Positions 58,022 to 64,000 of a stretch of DNA of 64,000 nt are shown in pieces. The notes under the pieces were generated by a model. It was not told the DNA's origin, did not search any database, and saw only the letters and a list, made by a program, of their open reading frames with translations. Origin of the DNA: Bdellovibrio sp. (lineage in GTDB: Bacteria > Bdellovibrionota > Bdellovibrionia > Bdellovibrionales > Bdellovibrionaceae); assembly GCA_036677065.1 (NCBI GenBank), contig JAKFBS010000003.1, forward strand, positions 96,001-160,000. The letters run 5' to 3'. The position numbers were made by a program, and so were the translations under genes. The first letter of the stretch is position 1; each line of letters begins with the position of its first letter.

Positions 58022-60049
58022 ATGCTAAAGACTAAAAAACTTTTCATTTATTTAAGTGTTTTATTAGCAGGGATGTTAACAGTCTCTGGCTGTGAAAGCA
58101 CGATTCAGGATCCGGTAACACCGGCTTCAGAAAGCCCGCCAATGAATGGTCAGTCCCCAATTGTGGTGATTGAATCATTACGTGGTGGTGAATATGTTAA
58201 AGGTGGAACATTATACCAAGTTCACTTAACTATTACTGATCCAACATTAGATTCGAACTCAAGCACGATTGAATATAGTCGTGATGCAGGTTTAACATGG
58301 ACAGTAATGACATCATCTACAGGACAAGATGGTAACGATTTTGCGACTAATTCTGGTGAAGAAACTGTTTTTAATTGGTCAGTGCCACGCGAATTAGATT
58401 GTTTGGCGTCAAGCCAAGTCAGCGATGGTAACAATTATAAAATCCGTGTATTAACACGCGGTCGTCCGGATGCATTTCCGACTTTAGAAGTAACGCCGGG
58501 AATGTTTACCGTAGATTCTTGTGCGCCAATTATGCTGGGAATGAATTTTGGTCATATCGACGGCGACGTTTCAACCGGATTTTCTACAATTTCACTTCCG
58601 AACATCACAGATACTTTTTCGCTATCGCCGATCAAAGATGTTTGTCTTAAACATTTTACGACAACAGCTCCCACTGAAACTGATGCATGCTGGTTAAATG
58701 TAAATAGTTTGACTGGTTCATCTGGCGAGACCTCGCTGTCTAATGTTAGTATGCCGTTCTTTTATGGTTTTACGACGATGGCAAGTATGACCACAACTCT
58801 TTGGGCCCGTGACTATGCTCATAATCAAAGTGAATTAACACTGGTAGCGTCTTCACCAGTGGGAGTAACAAATACTGATATTACCGATGTCTATACGCGT
58901 ACTTGTGCGGGTGCAAACTGTACAGGTAAAACAATCACTGGCGGAGCTGTATCAAGCCATGTCGTGGTTAACAGTGTAACAGTAATGAATAAGTCTGATG
59001 GCCCAGCAGCGCCGACATTGTTAGATCCACAAATGTTTGTGGTGGATTCTGCAGGAATAGTTTACATCCGCGATAAAGTGCGCGGCATTGTTAAAGTAAA
59101 TCCGATTACAGGAACTCAAACTGTGATCGTGCCACAAACAGGAACAATAGCTGACGGGCTATTGGCGATAGCCTCAGTCAAAAAGCCAATGCGTATTGCC
59201 CTTGATCGCGAAGAAAATTTAATTATCTTTGATTACGATCGTATTCGCCGAATTAATTTAAATGAAGCACCGGGTTCACAAACGATTGAAACCATAGTTG
59301 GTGGCGGATCTGACACATCAGGCACGGTTACGACAGCCACTAACTTACAAATTGATTACCACGATAATTTACTATGGTATGGCACATTTCAAGTTTTACC
59401 GAATAACTGGATTGTTTTTAACTCAGAAGATCCACTCAAAGAATTAGATAATTCTGTTTTACCTGATGAAACGGATCGTTTTCGATTACGCGTATATCGT
59501 CCAGATCGTGATATTAAAATTATTTCAATTAAGTTATCTGGTACTGGTGTAAGTGGTGATTCAGGTCAAGCTGTTGATACCCTGTGGCCTTACGGCGGTA
59601 TGGGTGTGACATACGATACGACCAATAAAGATATATCTTATATCTATGCGCGCCTTTGTGATGACGATACATCGTGTGCTTTTCAGACGATGTCTGTATT
59701 TGGCGAAGACGGTGTGGCAGTTTCGGCAGCTGCACTAAATTTTATAGTGCCTAGTTATTTTAGTAATAATAATTTATTTGTCTCGCGCACAGGTAATCTT
59801 TATTCAATGAATCGCCTTGAAGGTTATATTCGCCGTTACGATGGTAGTTCTTGGTCTACACAAGTAGGGCGCGGCTTTCAGAACTTCGCATCACTTTGCG
59901 CTAATGGAACCGGAAAAACAGCTTGCGAACTTGATCTATGGGATACTTTTGTGGGTGCCAATGAAAGAATTTATTTTATTGATTCGGGTGTAGTTCGCTT
60001 CGTCGATTCATATGGTAAAGTTCATTCATACGTAACGCTTACGCCTTAG
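58022..60049 (+). CDS. lipoprotein paralog of the 53238 protein (Ig-like + NHL propeller)
   Basis: Lipobox VSGC; YSRDAGLTW; FTVD..AP; VCLK…AP…D.CW; FQVLPN shared with the 53238 protein. Confidence 0.75.
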   Translation: MLKTKKLFIYLSVLLAGMLTVSGCESTIQDPVTPASESPPMNGQSPIVVIESLRGGEYVKGGTLYQVHLTITDPTLDSNSSTIEYSRDAGLTWTVMTSSTGQDGNDFATNSGEETVFNWSVPRELDCLASSQVSDGNNYKIRVLTRGRPDAFPTLEVTPGMFTVDSCAPIMLGMNFGHIDGDVSTGFSTISLPNITDTFSLSPIKDVCLKHFTTTAPTETDACWLNVNSLTGSSGETSLSNVSMPFFYGFTTMASMTTTLWARDYAHNQSELTLVASSPVGVTNTDITDVYTRTCAGANCTGKTITGGAVSSHVVVNSVTVMNKSDGPAAPTLLDPQMFVVDSAGIVYIRDKVRGIVKVNPITGTQTVIVPQTGTIADGLLAIASVKKPMRIALDREENLIIFDYDRIRRINLNEAPGSQTIETIVGGGSDTSGTVTTATNLQIDYHDNLLWYGTFQVLPNNWIVFNSEDPLKELDNSVLPDETDRFRLRVYRPDRDIKIISIKLSGTGVSGDSGQAVDTLWPYGGMGVTYDTTNKDISYIYARLCDDDTSCAFQTMSVFGEDGVAVSAAALNFIVPSYFSNNNLFVSRTGNLYSMNRLEGYIRRYDGSSWSTQVGRGFQNFASLCANGTGKTACELDLWDTFVGANERIYFIDSGVVRFVDSYGKVHSYVTLTP

Positions 60050-60058
60050 CGTAATAAT

Positions 60059-60916
60059 TTAAAATTCCATACCGATGCCAGCATGCAACGCAAACTGGCT
60101 AATAACCGGAACTTTCTCTGAATAATTTAATGAGTAGTGATATTCCATTCCGACCGGAATAAAATATTTTTTAGTGATCAAATAATCTGCGCCAGTACTT
60201 ACTAAAATTGAGTTTGCAATGCCGATGGCGCCTTTGTTTAACGATGTTGAGCTTTTATTTAAAGGAAATTTAATTCCAGAACCTGCCGCTACCCAAGTGA
60301 CCAAACGGTTTTTGCGGTAGTAATCATAACGAATCGCTGCCGAGGCCGCGATATAATTAATGTCGACCGTGCAATTTGTAGATGTCTTACTCGAACAAGA
60401 ATTAAATCTTGCTGTTCCTTTAACTTCTACCGGCTCCATACCTAATGAACCCCGCAATAAAAACCAATCCGTTGGCCAATCGATAACCGCAAAACCGCCC
60501 ACACTAGAACCGGTCATTGTGACTGTTTCTGAATTCGGCGTTGGAAATGAATTGTCTCTTTGTTTGATTGAAATCCCGTTGTTTAAATATTTAAATTGTA
60601 ACGAAACTTTGATGGCTTCTTCATTAAACTTAGGATCGGCTTTGATTCTTTCAACTTGCTCGCCGACAGTGAAGTTACCATCTTGAAGTTTACCGATAGC
60701 TTGGCCAGGGCGAATAGTGATAACAATAGCGCGGCCTTGAAATTCAGCGCCCGGAAGAGTTTTTAAATAATCACCACGCTCTAGAATCTGGCCTTCTAGG
60801 TCAACTAAGATTTTATTATTGCGAATTTCTAAAACTTTATAAGCCTGTGCCTGTTGTAAACAGAATAGCTGTATCATTAGCGTTGTAAAAAATAAGACAA
60901 AAGCAGAATTTCTCAT
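60059..60916 (-). CDS. outer-membrane beta-barrel protein with small N-terminal beta domain
   Basis: Signal peptide AQA; strands; ends AGIGMEF. Confidence 0.65.
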   Translation of the reverse strand: MRNSAFVLFFTTLMIQLFCLQQAQAYKVLEIRNNKILVDLEGQILERGDYLKTLPGAEFQGRAIVITIRPGQAIGKLQDGNFTVGEQVERIKADPKFNEEAIKVSLQFKYLNNGISIKQRDNSFPTPNSETVTMTGSSVGGFAVIDWPTDWFLLRGSLGMEPVEVKGTARFNSCSSKTSTNCTVDINYIAASAAIRYDYYRKNRLVTWVAAGSGIKFPLNKSSTSLNKGAIGIANSILVSTGADYLITKKYFIPVGMEYHYSLNYSEKVPVISQFALHAGIGMEF

Positions 60917-60935
60917 CGGCTCTTTTAGTATGGGT

Positions 60936-62090
60936 CTATTTCATTAACTGGGCAAGTGCGATTTTAATTTTATTGATCAGACGGGCTTCGTTTTGGCGAA
61001 CAGCTTCGCGGGTAATATGATATTTTTCGCCAATTTCTTGTAAAGTCAGGGGCTCTTCATTTAAGACGCGCTCTTCAAGGATGATTTTTTCTTTTTCATT
61101 TAAATCAGCTTTAATAGAATCGATCGCATCTTTTAAAAATTTAAGTTGTTCACTTAAAGCCAGCTGTTCATCCAGTGGCAGACTGCCATCTTCTTTACTT
61201 AGAATGCTACCCAAAGATAATGTTCCGCCGCCATCATCATCACTGGTTTTATCAAGACTGACATCACGACCTGAAACACGTTTCGCCATTTCTTCAACTT
61301 CATCTTTAGGGATTCCTAATTTATGCGAAAGTTGTGCGATATTTTCTGGTGAAGACATTTTTTCAAGTTCGTTTTTTTGGCGCTGTAATTGATAAAATAA
61401 TTTTCTTTGATTGGCAGTTGTTCCGATACGCACCATCGAAAATTGGCGCATCAGGTATTCTTGAATATATCCACGAATCCACCACACGGCATAAGTGATA
61501 AGACGTGCGCCTTTATAGGGATTGTAGTCTTTCACGGCGTGCATAAGGCCAACGTTACCTTCTTGGATAAGATCAATCATGCGGGAAGAAAAACGTGCGT
61601 ATTCAGCAGCAATTTTTACGACAAAGCGTAAATTTGCTCGCACCAGGGCTTGTGCAGCTTCTGGATCTTTAGTTTCAAAATATCTTTTGGCTAATTTCAT
61701 TTCGTCTTCACGGCTTAAAACCGGATACTTACGAATTTCATTTAAATAGGTCGTTAACGGATCACGTGAGCGAACACCTTGATCTGAAACAATTGACGGC
61801 AATTGGTGTGTCGGTTGTTCGATTTCAAGTTCATCGGCAGCTTGGGCTTCGTCTAAGTCAGCATCAACACTAGCAAGGTCATGCTGCGCATGAACATCAA
61901 TAGGTTCATCGTGTTCATGGTGATCTTCGACCAGAACGGCATGAACTTTTTTGATTTTGTCTTTAGGTGCTTTTAATTTTGTAATCGCTTTTTTAACCGC
62001 CGATTTAACGGCAGTTTTTTTAGAACTAACTTTTTTTAGCGGTACTTTTTTAGCAGACACCTTTTTCGTGCTAACTTTTTTCTTAGGCAT
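60936..62090 (-). CDS. rpoH: RNA polymerase sigma32 with Lys-rich/acidic N-terminal extension
   Basis: DLIQEGNVGLM.AV, TYAVWWIR, RpoH box QRKLFYQL, TLQEIG…TREAVRQ.E. Confidence 0.88.
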   Translation of the reverse strand: MPKKKVSTKKVSAKKVPLKKVSSKKTAVKSAVKKAITKLKAPKDKIKKVHAVLVEDHHEHDEPIDVHAQHDLASVDADLDEAQAADELEIEQPTHQLPSIVSDQGVRSRDPLTTYLNEIRKYPVLSREDEMKLAKRYFETKDPEAAQALVRANLRFVVKIAAEYARFSSRMIDLIQEGNVGLMHAVKDYNPYKGARLITYAVWWIRGYIQEYLMRQFSMVRIGTTANQRKLFYQLQRQKNELEKMSSPENIAQLSHKLGIPKDEVEEMAKRVSGRDVSLDKTSDDDGGGTLSLGSILSKEDGSLPLDEQLALSEQLKFLKDAIDSIKADLNEKEKIILEERVLNEEPLTLQEIGEKYHITREAVRQNEARLINKIKIALAQLMK

Positions 62091-62096
62091 AGAACG

Positions 62097-62402
62097 CTAC
62101 GTTAATACCTTTTTAAAGGCTTTTTCGATCTCTTCTTTAATTTTTCCCTTGAACAGGGTTAATGCAAACGGGATGTCCACTTCAATAGCCACTGAACACT
62201 TGTCATCCTGGGGTTTGATCTTTAAATCAGCTTTAAATTGCGAACCATTGATTTGACATGATTTGTTAGACTGGTCAAAAGTCGCAGAAACCTTAGGATC
62301 GAACTTCTTAAAGTTATTATCCGAGTTCAAAAACGTTTGGATCTTAGTAAAAGCCTGGTCAGCCGTTAACGAGGCAGGCATTTCGAAGTTCAGTTTAGGC
62401 AT
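62097..62402 (-). CDS. polyhydroxyalkanoate-system (PHA_gran_rgn)-like small protein
   Basis: V.IPFAL..FKG.I.EEI pattern; AGGAG SD. Confidence 0.6.
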   Translation of the reverse strand: MPKLNFEMPASLTADQAFTKIQTFLNSDNNFKKFDPKVSATFDQSNKSCQINGSQFKADLKIKPQDDKCSVAIEVDIPFALTLFKGKIKEEIEKAFKKVLT

Positions 62403-62534
62403 ATTATTTCACTCCTAATTAAAGATGAGTTTTGACTCGTGTTTGTCAATTATTATACTCTAGCTGTTCTATACTGGCTTGAACACCAGAAAAAGACGCG
62501 CAAAACGCAAAAAATTGTAGAAATCGGGATTAGT

Positions 62535-64000
62535 ATGAAATTTGTAAGAGAGTTAAAAAGAACAAATTACTGTGGCGAATTAAACAGCAATCATGTGGGG
62601 CAAAAAGTTGTCTTGATGGGGTGGGTTAACGTACGTCGTGACCACGGAAGCCTTATTTTCATCGATCTTCGTGACCGTGAAGGTATTGTTCAGGTTGTTC
62701 TTGATCCATCAAAAGCAGAGACCGCGTCAGCAAAAGAATTTCGCGGTGAATTCGTCGTTGCCTTAGAAGGCGTTGTTCGCGCTCGTCCAGATGGTATGAA
62801 AAATACAAAAATCAAAACGGGCGAAATCGAAATCGAAGCTATCCGTTGCGAAGTTTTAAATAAAGCCGAAACACCTCCGTTTCAAATCGAAGATGAAAAC
62901 GTCAACGAAGTTTTACGTTTAAAGCACCGTTATTTAGATTTGCGTTCGCCACGTTTACAACATCACATGATCACGCGTCACAAAGTGGCGCGTTTAGTGC
63001 GTGAATTTTTATCTGACAACGGCTTCATTGAAGTTGAAACTCCGATTTTATTTAAATCTACTCCAGAAGGCGCACGCGATTATTTAGTGCCTTCACGTGT
63101 AAATCCAGGAAATTTCTACGCGTTACCGCAATCGCCGCAATTACTGAAACAGTTATTAATGGTGGCAGGTTACGATCGTTATTTCCAAATCGCCCGTTGT
63201 TTTCGTGACGAGGATTTACGTGCAGATCGTCAGCCAGAATTTTCTCAGATCGATATGGAAATGTCATTCATCGACGTTGAAGATATCATCGAGATCAATG
63301 AAAAAATGCTTCGTTTGATCTGGAAAGAAATCAAAGGCATTGATGTTCCTGCTTTAACTCGTATGACGTATTTCGAATCAATGGATAAATACGGTAACGA
63401 TAAACCAGACACGCGTTTTGAAATGCACATCGTAAAACTTGAAGAAGTATTACAAAATTCTGGTTTCAAAGTTTTTGACGACACTTTAGCTCGTAAGGGT
63501 ATCGTGCGCGGGCTTTGCGTTCCAGGCGGACAAGCTTTCTCTCGTGGTCAGTTTGATAAATTAACTGAAATCGCGAAAAAAGGCGGAGCTAAAGGTCTTG
63601 TATGGATGAAAAAAGAAGCTGACGGCACAATCGCGTCTCCGGCTTCAAAATTTATCTCGCAAGAAAAATTACAGTTAGTATTTAAAACTTTAGGTTGCGG
63701 TGACAAAGACTGCGGTTTAATTGTTGCTGATGATTATGATCCAGCGTGCTCGGCGCTCTCAGCCCTACGTAATCACCTAGGCCGCGAATTAAAATTAATC
63801 GATTTCAACAAATACAACTTCTTATGGATTGTTGATTTCCCGTTACTTGAGTACTTTCCAGAAGATAAACGTTGGTTCTCACGTCATCATCCGTTCACGT
63901 CTCCGACGGATGAGTATTTTCAGGATATGATTGATAACAACGAAAAAGCGTACCCACATATGTTAGCCAAAGCTTACGACTTAGTTTGTAACGGCTACGA
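62535..64000 (+). CDS. aspS: aspartate-tRNA ligase (5' part; runs off the window; absent from the ORF track)
   Basis: MKFVRELKRTNYCG…GWV..RRDHG.LIFIDLRD; STPEGARDY; LPQSPQ; CFRDEDLRADRQPEF; HHPFT. RRDHG suggests the non-discriminating type. Confidence 0.95.
   Translation, partial: MKFVRELKRTNYCGELNSNHVGQKVVLMGWVNVRRDHGSLIFIDLRDREGIVQVVLDPSKAETASAKEFRGEFVVALEGVVRARPDGMKNTKIKTGEIEIEAIRCEVLNKAETPPFQIEDENVNEVLRLKHRYLDLRSPRLQHHMITRHKVARLVREFLSDNGFIEVETPILFKSTPEGARDYLVPSRVNPGNFYALPQSPQLLKQLLMVAGYDRYFQIARCFRDEDLRADRQPEFSQIDMEMSFIDVEDIIEINEKMLRLIWKEIKGIDVPALTRMTYFESMDKYGNDKPDTRFEMHIVKLEEVLQNSGFKVFDDTLARKGIVRGLCVPGGQAFSRGQFDKLTEIAKKGGAKGLVWMKKEADGTIASPASKFISQEKLQLVFKTLGCGDKDCGLIVADDYDPACSALSALRNHLGRELKLIDFNKYNFLWIVDFPLLEYFPEDKRWFSRHHPFTSPTDEYFQDMIDNNEKAYPHMLAKAYDLVCNGY

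Noticed and set aside
60913..60940. GCCGATGA sigma28-like -10 element on the minus strand
   Set aside because: It overlaps the gene's own ATG, which is needed for the signal peptide
159..63484. Numerous short antisense or overlapping ORFs in the track
   Set aside because: They lie inside well-supported genes in other frames and lack SDs or recognisable motifs
1..64000. tRNA, rRNA or IS elements
   Set aside because: No cloverleaf, rRNA-like stretch, transposase or terminal inverted repeats seen

Overview
A 64-kb chromosomal window from a Bdellovibrio-like predatory bacterium. The taxonomy is inferred from gene content and order: mrcB, DUF507 pair, orphan groES, uvrD, suhB, fliL-fliA, rpoH, aspS, plus phage-tail-fibre-like secreted trimer proteins. 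The core genes are PBP1b, UvrD/PcrA, a KamA radical SAM enzyme, a SPOR protein, SuhB, the fliLMNOPQR-flhBAFG-fliA operon, sigma32 and a partial AspRS. Two accessory regions stand out. (i) A small AT-rich cassette (19.5-21.6 kb) carries a putative TA pair, a signal-less lytic transglycosylase and a lipoprotein. (ii) A ~24.5-kb block between fliA and rpoH carries two mosaic tail-fibre-like adhesins, followed by a tightly coupled 7-gene operon (47550-60049). That operon encodes a MotA-like protein lacking the FliG-contact motif, a MotB-like protein whose OmpA peptidoglycan-binding domain is replaced by a coiled coil plus a YfaP/DUF2135-like domain, two Cys-rich YGGR-repeat/DUF1566 lipoproteins, two Ig-like plus NHL-propeller lipoproteins and an outer-membrane beta-barrel. 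It is the best candidate for an undescribed ion-driven, non-flagellar envelope machine. Other oddities are a histone-H1-like tail fused to GroES, a repeat-containing candidate sRNA, apparently leaderless sigma28 transcripts and several sigma54 promoters. All family assignments come from motif recognition by eye; no database searches were run.
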